The translations under genes and the position numbers were made by a program. This document shows positions 28,464 through 37,566 of a stretch of DNA of 64,000 nucleotides, piece after piece. The DNA lies in NCBI GenBank assembly GCA_046539325.1, contig JBKHHD010000004.1, positions 25,352 to 89,351 on the forward strand. The letters are read 5' to 3'. The notes under the pieces were generated by a model. The model was given only the letters and a program-made list of their open reading frames with translations. It was not told the origin of the DNA and did not search any database. Source of the stretch: Candidatus Aenigmatarchaeota archaeon (GTDB lineage: Archaea > Aenigmatarchaeota > Aenigmatarchaeia > PWEA01). Every line of letters starts with the position of its first letter. Position 1 is the stretch's first letter.

Positions 28464-28973
28464 ATGGATCCTGAGGATACCGAAGAAGAAGTTCTTATGG
28501 ACCTGAAGCCATCCAGACGTCGGTTCATAAAGGAATACGTAGGGGCCGCAGTCTGGGCCATAATAGGATTTGTTATACTATACGGCAACTGGACATTTCC
28601 CCTTCAGGAGACATTACGCCGGCCGGAGCTACTCGGTGCAGCCTTTTTCTTCTCAGCGGCATTTCTCTTCACTTCATATGCAGAAGCAAGGAGATATGTT
28701 GAACATTATATAATCACGAATACAGCTGTTTACGAGGACATAGGTGTTTTCACAGATCGGCACACGGACCTCCCTTTCATGAAGCTAGAAAGATGCGGTG
28801 TCCATAGACCTTTCATAGAAAAGATCATGGGTATAGGAGACGTGAGAGTTGATTCAGGCCGCGACTTCTTCATCATAAAGGGGGTAACCAATCCCAATGA
28901 CGTGGAGAGACTTATTGAAAGAAGGATGAGGGAGGTCATGGGCGGTGGAAGCGTAGCTGCCGTCAACGATTAA
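28464..28973 (+). CDS. membrane protein with bacterial PH (bPH_2) domain
   Basis: Two TM helices, then Y.IT....G.....R...E...GIGDV. Confidence 0.8.
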   Translation: MDPEDTEEEVLMDLKPSRRRFIKEYVGAAVWAIIGFVILYGNWTFPLQETLRRPELLGAAFFFSAAFLFTSYAEARRYVEHYIITNTAVYEDIGVFTDRHTDLPFMKLERCGVHRPFIEKIMGIGDVRVDSGRDFFIIKGVTNPNDVERLIERRMREVMGGGSVAAVND

Positions 28974-28976
28974 ACT

Positions 28977-29198
28977 CTACTGTCGAATGTTCATGTGGTC
29001 CGAAATAAGCTTCTCTTCTTCGCTCTCGCTTATCTTGATGAGGACTGCAATGGAAATTACACAGAAGAAAAAAGCCAAGGCCAGCGAGGACCATAGAGAA
29101 ATAATACTGGAGCCAGGAACCATCAAATTCATCAATAAAGAGTAAAATGAAAAAGTAACCGGAATAGCAAGTGCAAAAAAGGCTTTGGGTCTTATCAT
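28977..29198 (-). CDS. small two-TM membrane protein
   Basis: 73-aa hydrophobic ORF. Confidence 0.55.
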   Translation of the reverse strand: MIRPKAFFALAIPVTFSFYSLLMNLMVPGSSIISLWSSLALAFFFCVISIAVLIKISESEEEKLISDHMNIRQ

Positions 29199-29229
29199 AG
29201 TTTAGAAATATTCGTCAGAGAATAAAAAT

Positions 29230-30294
29230 CTATCCTTCCTTGGATCCGCTTTTCAGTCTTCCGTAGATGGCATCTTCCACATAATCAAGGAATTCATCTA
29301 TCGGACCGGCAATGTTCTTATCGGCTGTTGGAGTATCCTTTTTTATGTCGTGCTTAGTTTCAGAGCCTTTCATATCGTCTACAAAACCGTCAAGCTTCTT
29401 TAGAAAGAGATCAGAAGACAGTGGAACGCCCCTTTCATCTTTTTCCTTGTCAAAGTATTTTTCGGGTTCCTTGCCATCAATCAAGAAATCCCTGTACTGC
29501 TTGAAGTTACTGTTCCAGTCTTCAAAGCTATAGTTTTCGTCTTCAAAAATAAGGTCCGCTGCAAGTTCTGCGAACTCCTCTGCTTTCTCGCCTCTTTCCT
29601 CTATAACTTTGAATCTAGTACCTTGATACATACCCAACGCAGCCTTGAGGTATGTCTCGGCTTCCAGAGGATCAACACTCCACAGACCATCCTTTCTTTT
29701 TTTCAAGGTCAGCTCAGCCGAAAGCTCCAAATGGTCGTTCTCCAAGCTCAGTTCATAGTTGACCTCCCTTTCACCTTTCATGGTTTTAGAATCAGAATCA
29801 GTAACCACCCAGCTCGCAGAAACCTTTTCTTCACCTAAGGTCATGTTCTTATTCCAGGAGTCTATGTCTTCATGCCTCTCCATATGTCTTGCAAAGAGCT
29901 CGGGGAACTCAGAGAAGGTACTGTAGTCATACTTCGTTTCCGGGGCCTCAATTTCCTCCCTCAAAGAATACGTATACTTTCTCGAAAAACGTTCTTCTTC
30001 CCATTTTTCACCCATGTTGTTTATCTCGTTAGCTATCTTTTCTGGAGGACTTTTCACACTTAAAGCTGCCTTCCTCCTACCGTTTTCCCAGATTCTTGTT
30101 CTGTAAAGCTCTTCGTTTTCAAGGCCGTGTATAATCCCTTGTCTCAGTCGCCTGGAAGAGGTATCCTTGAAATCTCTCCGCAGCTTCTGTAAGGTAATTG
30201 TATCTTTGAAGATGCCCTCAGAAGCGACGTAAGGAACAATATACTCTGATATCTCTTCTGCAGTTTCTTCATCTATCCCATTTGATTCGCCCAT
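29230..30294 (-). CDS. hypothetical protein, possible N-terminal wHTH
   Basis: SD AGGTGAT before ATG 30294; ITLQKLRRDF...RLRQGIIHGLENEEL resembles a winged helix. Confidence 0.7.
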   Translation of the reverse strand: MGESNGIDEETAEEISEYIVPYVASEGIFKDTITLQKLRRDFKDTSSRRLRQGIIHGLENEELYRTRIWENGRRKAALSVKSPPEKIANEINNMGEKWEEERFSRKYTYSLREEIEAPETKYDYSTFSEFPELFARHMERHEDIDSWNKNMTLGEEKVSASWVVTDSDSKTMKGEREVNYELSLENDHLELSAELTLKKRKDGLWSVDPLEAETYLKAALGMYQGTRFKVIEERGEKAEEFAELAADLIFEDENYSFEDWNSNFKQYRDFLIDGKEPEKYFDKEKDERGVPLSSDLFLKKLDGFVDDMKGSETKHDIKKDTPTADKNIAGPIDEFLDYVEDAIYGRLKSGSKEG

Positions 30295-30298
30295 GAAA

Positions 30299-31123
30299 TC
30301 ACCTTTCTTTGTTATCGTCGTGTATCTCAACTAATTTCATCCTACCACAGTTCAGTAGTTCCTCTACAATTTCTCTTTCAGGTTCTCTGAAGTCAAGGAC
30401 AGCCTCCTCTGAACCCTCAAATCCGAAGTTTATGACCTTACAGTCAACCTCCTTTTCAGGATACTCCTTCTCAACAAGATAAGCGTTGCCTAAAGTCTGT
30501 AAAACATGGTCTTTGTTGAGTTCTTTGACTACCTTTATCTCCCGAAGGCGCGCTTTATCATCTTCCCAAAAAACATCCGCCTTGCCCACCACACCGTTAC
30601 TCCTGAACATTCTTTCAGATTTTATATCCGGTATCTTAAACCCATGCATCCCTTCAGCATTGAAGTCAGTCCGAATAAGTTCGTCGACGTAGTCCTCCTT
30701 AAGAAACTGTTCAGCAGCCCTTTCGCCATGTTTCTCAAGGTAGAAACCCATAAAGCTTTCGTAGATCTTTCCAATGCTATCAAACAAGTCATCCTTTCTG
30801 TAGTTTACTGTATTCCCTGAAAGTAAATCTCTTCCAAAGCTCTTGCATTCATCAACAAACTCTTCCCCATCTTCCGAAATCAAGGCCAAGGAAGGGGACA
30901 ACGCGTAGAGCTTCTGAATAAAGTCATGTGCTATTTTCTTCTCCTCACTATTAGGAATCCAGATACCATCATCAGGTTCGTATTTATTGTCGAAGGTTCT
31001 TTCTGTCTTGCTCTGTGCAGCGTCGCCGCTTAGGACCTTATAAATTTCTTCATCAGGCAATTCACCCTTTCTTATATCATCGACACAACCAAGCTGAGAT
31101 GTGTAAATGTCCACAGAAATCAT
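30299..31123 (-). CDS. PD-(D/E)XK nuclease, Cas4/RecB-like
   Basis: E...GVVGKADV...REIK...HVLQTLGNAYL (QxxxY-like motif). Confidence 0.65.
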   Translation of the reverse strand: MISVDIYTSQLGCVDDIRKGELPDEEIYKVLSGDAAQSKTERTFDNKYEPDDGIWIPNSEEKKIAHDFIQKLYALSPSLALISEDGEEFVDECKSFGRDLLSGNTVNYRKDDLFDSIGKIYESFMGFYLEKHGERAAEQFLKEDYVDELIRTDFNAEGMHGFKIPDIKSERMFRSNGVVGKADVFWEDDKARLREIKVVKELNKDHVLQTLGNAYLVEKEYPEKEVDCKVINFGFEGSEEAVLDFREPEREIVEELLNCGRMKLVEIHDDNKER

Positions 31124-31425
31124 TCCTCCAAAAGAACTCTTATCGAATCAAAATAAGATATACAGTATTTAAGCCCTTTCCTGTTTCTTAATACATCAAG
31201 CTTTCCGTCTATCAAAACGTCGATACCTTTAGTTTTATCGTCTTCAAGATCCTTATATACTTCTTCATAATCAGACTCATTCAGCCTAACGACCTCCGCC
31301 GATCTGGAGTCAGACTCATTAAAATAGAATTTTTTAGATTCTCCATCGTACCTGAGAGTACCCCTGTACAGTCCTTCTTCGCCTACATACTCCTCGGAAA
31401 TATGTCCCAGGTCTTTGTCTTTCAT
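31120..31425 (-). CDS. hypothetical beta-rich protein
   Basis: 101-aa ORF with ATGA overlap to the nuclease gene. Confidence 0.65.
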   Translation of the reverse strand: MKDKDLGHISEEYVGEEGLYRGTLRYDGESKKFYFNESDSRSAEVVRLNESDYEEVYKDLEDDKTKGIDVLIDGKLDVLRNRKGLKYCISYFDSIRVLLEE

Positions 31426-31511
31426 GTAAGGTTTACTTGTTCCAAAGGCTTAAATATCGTGAAAAAAAACGCCGAAAACAATTCAAACATGGGATATTAC
31501 CTCATTATATC

Positions 31512-31955
31512 ATGTCAGAAATGAATTCAGAGACTAAGGAAGAAATCAAAAAAGGCTACGAGGCTCTCTGCTACGTTGCTCAGGAAGAACTTGGAAAGGA
31601 CGGGATCCCTATTCCTGAATCCTGCATAATCGCAAAGGAAGTCCAAGAAGAAACTAATGGAAAGATCTTCAGTTACATGGAGAAAACAGATAGGGATAAG
31701 TTAAAGGAGCTTGTAGAAGATGCAAGTGATAAAAGACCAAATGACGTCCTAGACGAAATTTACAACAACAGAAAAGAACTGAGAAGCATCTTCAATGTTG
31801 CACAAACAAACGGAGTAAGCTTAGGTAAAACAGGACATGACGAGGCATGCATTTACAATTCATCTTCAAGGCTTCCAGAACAATACAAGGACCACCTTGA
31901 TGAGATCAAAGAAAAGGCAGGGAAATTTTTGGACGACGACAGAAAAGAAAATTAA
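31512..31955 (+). CDS. hypothetical protein
   Basis: ORF 31437..31955, first ATG 31512. Confidence 0.65.
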   Translation: MSEMNSETKEEIKKGYEALCYVAQEELGKDGIPIPESCIIAKEVQEETNGKIFSYMEKTDRDKLKELVEDASDKRPNDVLDEIYNNRKELRSIFNVAQTNGVSLGKTGHDEACIYNSSSRLPEQYKDHLDEIKEKAGKFLDDDRKEN

Positions 31956-32045
31956 GAAGATTTAATTTACCTGAAGTAATTCTAATTAATAGTTTTGAGT
32001 TATTTGTAATCATATAATAGTAACATATTTTTTAGAAGATCAGAT

Positions 32046-33056
32046 CTAAACTACTTTACCCAAGTAGAGGTTGTGTTTGCTTCTTAGGATTTCCACATCG
32101 ATCTTCTCTCCAATGGTAGTTTTCTCTCCGTTGAGAACTGTTATAGTTCTATGGTCTGAAACAGCCAGCTTCTGTCCAGGATTCCAGCCCTGTGCAAGCA
32201 CTTCAGCTTTGACCTTCTCACCCCTTCTAAAAACCTTAGGCAGGGCAAATCCTACCTTCTCTATGTTGAAGTCTTTGGGGCTTAACCTTAGCTTTATGCT
32301 GTACTTTTCTTCCAAAGACCTAAGCTTGTTGTGAAACTCCTTCCAGGATTTTTCACTGCAGCCGTCGACCTTCCTACCGTTTCTATGCTCTCTGTACTTC
32401 TGTATTCCCAGCGCAGGCCAGTTCTCTCCTGCGCCTATACCCTTCGCGTACTGTACAATCTCCTCAATATCTCCATCGTTCAGGCCGTCTATCCAGACAG
32501 GAGCTATGAGTAGGTCTATTTCGCTTTCGGCTATAGCTTCAGCGTTTTTCCTCACCTTGTTTAGATCGTAGCTACCGGTTCCTGCCATGAACTTCGCTCT
32601 TTCATCTTCCAGAGAGTTGATGGTCAGATTTATCCTGTCCAGTCCTGCTTCCTCCAGCTGATTTATCATCTCTTCGTCCAGAAGCATTCCGTTGGTCTGC
32701 ATGGACATAACCTCCACGTCCTCAAGCCTGGAAAATCTATCCACGAGCTCCACGATCTTTGGATAAAGAAGTGGCTCGCCGCAGCCGTCTATATGCATTT
32801 CTACATCATTGCTTTCCTTCCTCGAAGCCATAGCTCCCGCGTACTCGACCATGTAGTCCGGGGATACTTCATACCTCGCTTGTTTATTGCCTTCTGGACC
32901 TTCGTCCACGGAACAAAAGGGACAGAAGAGGTTACAGCCGGAGACAGGTCTTATCTGCAGCAAATTCGTGCCTCTGTCCACGACCCCAAAGGGAAGGGCT
33001 CCAGTCAGAGGAAGATCTACTTCTTCGCCAACCTTAACCAACTCTCTATCGTCCAT
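32046..33056 (-). CDS. radical SAM protein with C-terminal TRAM domain (COG2100-like)
   Basis: FGVVDRGTN, CNLFCPFCSVDEG, HIDG.GEP, QTNG. Confidence 0.9.
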   Translation of the reverse strand: MDDRELVKVGEEVDLPLTGALPFGVVDRGTNLLQIRPVSGCNLFCPFCSVDEGPEGNKQARYEVSPDYMVEYAGAMASRKESNDVEMHIDGCGEPLLYPKIVELVDRFSRLEDVEVMSMQTNGMLLDEEMINQLEEAGLDRINLTINSLEDERAKFMAGTGSYDLNKVRKNAEAIAESEIDLLIAPVWIDGLNDGDIEEIVQYAKGIGAGENWPALGIQKYREHRNGRKVDGCSEKSWKEFHNKLRSLEEKYSIKLRLSPKDFNIEKVGFALPKVFRRGEKVKAEVLAQGWNPGQKLAVSDHRTITVLNGEKTTIGEKIDVEILRSKHNLYLGKVV

Positions 33057-33137
33057 AGACCTAACTAAGCCTGTGAAATGATTTAAAGAAAGGGGTAACC
33101 GCGATCTATAAGTGTCTTGAGAAGAAACTATAATGTT

Positions 33138-34499
33138 ATGAATAAGCACGATCTTGTGATTGTGGGTTCAGGCTCAGGCCTACAGGTTGCGAGAGCCGGA
33201 GCTCAGAAGGGATTAGATGTAGCCGTAGTTGAAGAAAGCGCAATTGGTGGCACCTGTCTGAACAGAGGATGCATACCTTCTAAGATGTTAATACACAGAG
33301 CAAACGTCGCCGAAACGATAGAAGACTCTGAAAAGTTCGGTATAAGCTCAACCTTGGAGGATATAGACTTCCACGGAATAACTAAAGAGGTGAATGAAAG
33401 CGTGGACTCTGACTCCGAAGCTGTCAGACAAGGGATAAAGAGGTCAGGCATATACACGCTTTACGAGGACAGAGCTTCCTTTGTCGACGAAAGGACACTA
33501 AAGGTAGGGGATGAAAAGGTAAGGGGTGAAAAGATGGTTGTAGCTGCGGGTGCGAGACCGAGGATACCTACTATTGAAGGCTTGGACGAAGTAGATTATA
33601 TAACAAGCAAGGAGGCCTTGAAGCTCGAGGAAAGGCCCGAACACTTGGTGATTGTAGGCGGTGGATATATAGCAGCTGAGTTAGGACACTTTTTCGGCTC
33701 CATGGGATCAGACATAACCGTGCTGGAGGCAAACGAAACTTTGATTGGCGGGGAGGACAGAGAGGTTTCAAAGAAGTTCACGTCTGAGTTCTCGAAAAGG
33801 TACGAAGTCAAAACAAACACCAAGGTAAAGAATGTTTCACAGAAAAGAGATAGAAAAAAGGTAACTGGCGAGAAAAACGGTGAAACTGTGGAGGTTTCTG
33901 GTGATGAGCTGCTCATAGCCACCGGAAGAAGACCAAACAGCGATATACTTGATGTAGAGAAAGGAAACGTTGAAACGGATGAAAAGGGCTTCATCAAGGT
34001 TAACGACAAGCTTGAGACGACAGCCGAAAACACTTGGGCTCTTGGTGATATAGTAGGTGGAAAAATGTTGAAGCACGTTGCAAATCTCGAGGCAGAGTAT
34101 GTTACTATGAACGCGGTCATTGAACACGAACATAGCGTGAATTATACAGCTATTCCACATGCGATATTCTCCAGTCCTGAAGTTTCAGGTATAGGCAAAA
34201 CAGAAGAGGAGCTGGAAAAGGAGGGGAAGGAGTACCTCAAGGGAACCTTCAACTACGAGGACACGGGTTTTGGCTCAGCACTGAAGAGCAAGGGTTTTGC
34301 AAAGGCACTTGTAAGCCCAAAAAGCGGCGAAATACTTGGATGCCATATCATTGGCCCGAGAGCATCGATGCTTATACACGAAGTCTCTGTCTCTATGAGA
34401 AAAGGTTCCGGCAAAGCTGATGACATAATTAAAAGTATCCACGTGCATCCAGCTCTGAATGAAGTCGTTCAGAGAGCATTTGAATCCCTGGAATATTGA
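33138..34499 (+). CDS. dihydrolipoyl dehydrogenase-family pyridine nucleotide-disulfide oxidoreductase
   Basis: GSGSG, GGTCLNRGCIPSK, GGGYIAAE, ATGRRPN, HPALNE. Confidence 0.9.
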   Translation: MNKHDLVIVGSGSGLQVARAGAQKGLDVAVVEESAIGGTCLNRGCIPSKMLIHRANVAETIEDSEKFGISSTLEDIDFHGITKEVNESVDSDSEAVRQGIKRSGIYTLYEDRASFVDERTLKVGDEKVRGEKMVVAAGARPRIPTIEGLDEVDYITSKEALKLEERPEHLVIVGGGYIAAELGHFFGSMGSDITVLEANETLIGGEDREVSKKFTSEFSKRYEVKTNTKVKNVSQKRDRKKVTGEKNGETVEVSGDELLIATGRRPNSDILDVEKGNVETDEKGFIKVNDKLETTAENTWALGDIVGGKMLKHVANLEAEYVTMNAVIEHEHSVNYTAIPHAIFSSPEVSGIGKTEEELEKEGKEYLKGTFNYEDTGFGSALKSKGFAKALVSPKSGEILGCHIIGPRASMLIHEVSVSMRKGSGKADDIIKSIHVHPALNEVVQRAFESLEY

Positions 34500-34610
34500 C
34501 TCTCACATTTTCTGGATTTCATCAAAATTCTCTTGTCAAGCATTTCAAGGTATAAAAATTTTAAGTTTTAAGCCCTTTATCTGGGGTGTCGGACTATAGT
34601 ATCTCACTAT

Positions 34611-34856
34611 TTGTCAGTATATGGATTAGAAGCATCGGGAATAACCCTGAGTATGGTCTTCATTTACTTCTACTTGAGCTTAATATCAGATGTCGAGGAA
34701 GAACTAAAAAGGGAAGTGCCAGATCCTTACCACGGAAACTTTTGGTTTACAAGAACTGAAGCAAGAGAAATCAAGGACAGAGTGAACGAGAGATTCTGGT
34801 CAAGTATACGCAAGAACTTGTATGAGATTCGTACAGGAAAAATAGAGGGAAAATAA
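34611..34856 (+). CDS. small membrane-anchored hypothetical protein
   Basis: 81-aa ORF with one hydrophobic helix; start uncertain. Confidence 0.5.
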   Translation: MSVYGLEASGITLSMVFIYFYLSLISDVEEELKREVPDPYHGNFWFTRTEAREIKDRVNERFWSSIRKNLYEIRTGKIEGK

Positions 34857-34868
34857 TTAATAAGAATT

Positions 34869-35021
34869 TGGAGCCGCCGGTGGGATTTGAACCCACGACC
34901 TGCTGATTTCTAAGCCAGCTTTCATCCGCGCAGAACGCGTCAACAAATCAGCGTACAAGTCAGCCGCTTACCGAAGGACGTCATACGACGTCGGTTTCCG
35001 GCCGAACTGAGCTACGGCGGC
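34869..35021 (-). tRNA. tRNA-Thr(UGU) with two introns (34996-34968 at position 23/24; 34953-34908 at 37/38) and encoded CCA
   Basis: Removing 29 and 46 nt gives a 78-nt cloverleaf: GCCGCCG/CGGCGGC, GCTC/GAGC, GCTGA-CTTGTAA-TCAGC, GTGGG-TTCAAAT-CCCAC, T-CCA. Confidence 0.93.
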
Positions 35022-35110
35022 ACGTACAACCATTACGGATATACTCATTTTTATACTTTTACTCAAAAACCCGCGTAAAATTTATACCTATTAAAAGCAA
35101 GTATTAAGGC

Positions 35111-35563
35111 ATGCCTGATTTGGTTTTCCTGTATATAGAAATAATTGCCAGCATCTTAGGAGGACTTGTAGCAGGAGCTCTGTCGCTCCTTGTACTGAAA
35201 AACTACGAAATGGCAGAGCATACAACGGAAAGATTTTCTCAAAAACTCAGCCTTGGAAAAAAGACATCTTTCATCCTGTTTTCGGTTGTGATCGCGATTA
35301 TCCATGGTCTCATAGTAAGTGCTATCAGGATGTCAGGTCTCATGGGAAACGTATCACTTCTGATGTCCACACCGTATCTACTGCCCTTCACAATAGTATT
35401 CTCTGTCGGAATGTTTCTTGGACTTTGGAAATATTTCCGAAGAGAAAAAGAGAAGGATGAAAGGAATCAGTGGATAAAGATCGCAGTGCTGTACAGTTTT
35501 GTACTGAATATAGTCTCTGGCTTCCTTACGTTCTTCTTGGGAATGCTGGTGTTCTTTTCGTAG
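35111..35563 (+). CDS. hypothetical membrane protein (4 TM)
   Basis: Hydrophobic 150-aa ORF. Confidence 0.7.
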   Translation: MPDLVFLYIEIIASILGGLVAGALSLLVLKNYEMAEHTTERFSQKLSLGKKTSFILFSVVIAIIHGLIVSAIRMSGLMGNVSLLMSTPYLLPFTIVFSVGMFLGLWKYFRREKEKDERNQWIKIAVLYSFVLNIVSGFLTFFLGMLVFFS

Positions 35564-35571
35564 AACCAAGA

Positions 35572-36834
35572 TCACATGCGGATTTTCTTTAGAATATCCT
35601 CTGCTGTGTCCTGAGAAATCCTGTCCTCCTCTGCCATCCTTTCAGCCACTTTGTCCACCTCTTTGCCCTCGGCTCCGGCTTGCTTGGCTATGTTCTTTGC
35701 ATGTAGTTTCATGTGACCTTCCTGTATTCCTTCCGTAACAAGAGCTCGAAGTGCAGCGAAGTTCTGCAAAAGGCCTACGGAAGCCATAACTTGAGCAAGT
35801 TCCTCTGAAGAGTCCACATCCAAGATCTTAAGCGAAAGCTCCGCAGTCGGATGGAGGGAAGTTATACCACCCACTGTTCCGACCGCAACGGGAACCTCTA
35901 TACTGCCTCTGAGCTTTTCGCCTTCAATCCACCACTTTGTCACCGGACCGTATCCATTTTTAGCTGCATAGGCATGAACCCCAGTTTCGAGAGCACGGGA
36001 GTCGTTGCCCGTGGCTGTACAGACAGCGTCCATGCCGTTCATTACACCCTTGTTATGTGTTGCGGCACGATAAGGATCCGCCACCGCAAATTCGTACGCG
36101 CCAACGATGGCTTCTGCGACTTGTCTTCCGCCCATTTTTTCCTTCTGCAGAGTTTCGAAGCCAAAGGAAACCTCGGCCTCCGCAAGACGTCTATCGGAGA
36201 GATTGGAAAGTATCCTCAGATTAGTTTTGGTATTAGTTAAATCCTCTATCGTAGGAGCAATGGTCTCACACATCGTGTTTACAGCGTTAGCTCCCATAGC
36301 GTCTCTTACATCCACGATAACATGAACAACGGCCGTTCCTTCCTTGTCTATATCTCTGACTTCGATATCTCTGGCACCACCACCCAGCTTGACCAGTGTC
36401 TCGTCAGCAGCGTTTGCTTCCTTGATCAGCCTCTCTTCGTTTTCCATTATAGTTTTACGGAACTCTTCGAACTTATCTACGCCGTTGACTTGAATCTGTC
36501 CTATCATCTCTGGTTTAGTCGTTTCTGCTTCTACGCCTCCGTTCTCTCTTGCAAGCTTTGCAGCGTAGGAACAGGCCGCCACCACGGACGTTTCCTCCAC
36601 GGCCATGGGAACCAGGTAGTCCTTCCCGTTTACCTTAAGGTTCGTTGCGATTCCTAACGGGAGCTCGTAGTTAGAAACCACGTTTTCTATCATATCATCT
36701 GCGTTTTTTTCACTCAGAGCTCCAAAGTTCTCAAGTAGCTCCATATCTTCGTCTGTAAGCCCGGCCCTGTCCTTGAGAACTCTTCTCCTTTCTTTCGGGT
36801 CAAGTTTATAGAAGCCGGATATCTTGCTGTCCAT
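35572..36834 (-). CDS. mvaA: hydroxymethylglutaryl-CoA reductase, class II
   Basis: MIENV, PMAVEETSVVAA, DAMGAN, RILSNL, THNKG.MNG, EGIQEGHMKLH. Confidence 0.95.
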   Translation of the reverse strand: MDSKISGFYKLDPKERRRVLKDRAGLTDEDMELLENFGALSEKNADDMIENVVSNYELPLGIATNLKVNGKDYLVPMAVEETSVVAACSYAAKLARENGGVEAETTKPEMIGQIQVNGVDKFEEFRKTIMENEERLIKEANAADETLVKLGGGARDIEVRDIDKEGTAVVHVIVDVRDAMGANAVNTMCETIAPTIEDLTNTKTNLRILSNLSDRRLAEAEVSFGFETLQKEKMGGRQVAEAIVGAYEFAVADPYRAATHNKGVMNGMDAVCTATGNDSRALETGVHAYAAKNGYGPVTKWWIEGEKLRGSIEVPVAVGTVGGITSLHPTAELSLKILDVDSSEELAQVMASVGLLQNFAALRALVTEGIQEGHMKLHAKNIAKQAGAEGKEVDKVAERMAEEDRISQDTAEDILKKIRM

Positions 36835-36996
36835 AGTTACCTAATCAATTTCGTGGATTAATTAAGGTTATGTGTTGCTAATGTCGAACCTATGAGTCAG
36901 AGAAGACAAAAGCTTATAAAGGTAAACGAGTATTGTGGCAAATTAATAGACGTTCGGTTCGCCCCCAAAACCGTAAAAAAGAATTCAGATAAATAT

Positions 36997-37566
36997 ATGA
37001 AACCCAAAAAGGTAGAGGCCACGAACTCCGGTGTAAAAGCCGAAGGAAGCTGGGACGAAATATGCCAGTTCTTAAGAGACTTCGAGTCAACTACGGAGGA
37101 AACAGAGCCAGATAAAGCTGTAGAGGAACTCAACCGCTGGAGGCCGAGGGAAGACGAAGAGGACGGGAAGGTAGTTGAGAAGACGGCCGAGGAAGCTTCC
37201 ATGAAGAAAAGGGGAGTTGAAGAGAAATCCAACGGCACAAAGGAAGATCTGAAAGAAGCTGAGAAAAATCTCGCTAACTCTGTAAAGGTGAAAAGGGGTG
37301 AAAGCCCACAGAAGGAACTGAAAAGCGCCTCTGAAAAGATCGCAAGGGCCATAAGCGTCAAATCTATAGAGTCTCTCAGAAAGGCCGAAGAGTTCATATA
37401 CGAAAAGTTCATGATAAAGTTCAACTCCTGTTACTTTGATACAGGCAAATTTTCGGTGAACCTGAAGAGGGAGAAGAATGGTGAGTATTCTACGAAGATA
37501 AACATACCAGATGAAAAGCTCAGGGAAAGGACCCAGGAAGAGATGACAGGAGAAGGTAACCAATGA
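36997..37566 (+). CDS. DUF5828-like protein
   Basis: G...G.W..I, WRP, LRKAEE.IYE..M....CYFD...S.N pattern; ATGA overlap with the PiT gene. Confidence 0.7.
   Translation: MKPKKVEATNSGVKAEGSWDEICQFLRDFESTTEETEPDKAVEELNRWRPREDEEDGKVVEKTAEEASMKKRGVEEKSNGTKEDLKEAEKNLANSVKVKRGESPQKELKSASEKIARAISVKSIESLRKAEEFIYEKFMIKFNSCYFDTGKFSVNLKREKNGEYSTKINIPDEKLRERTQEEMTGEGNQ

Noticed and set aside
29230-35021. Integrated element using tRNA-Thr as attachment site
   Set aside because: No duplicated tRNA 3' end and no integrase found; housekeeping genes intervene
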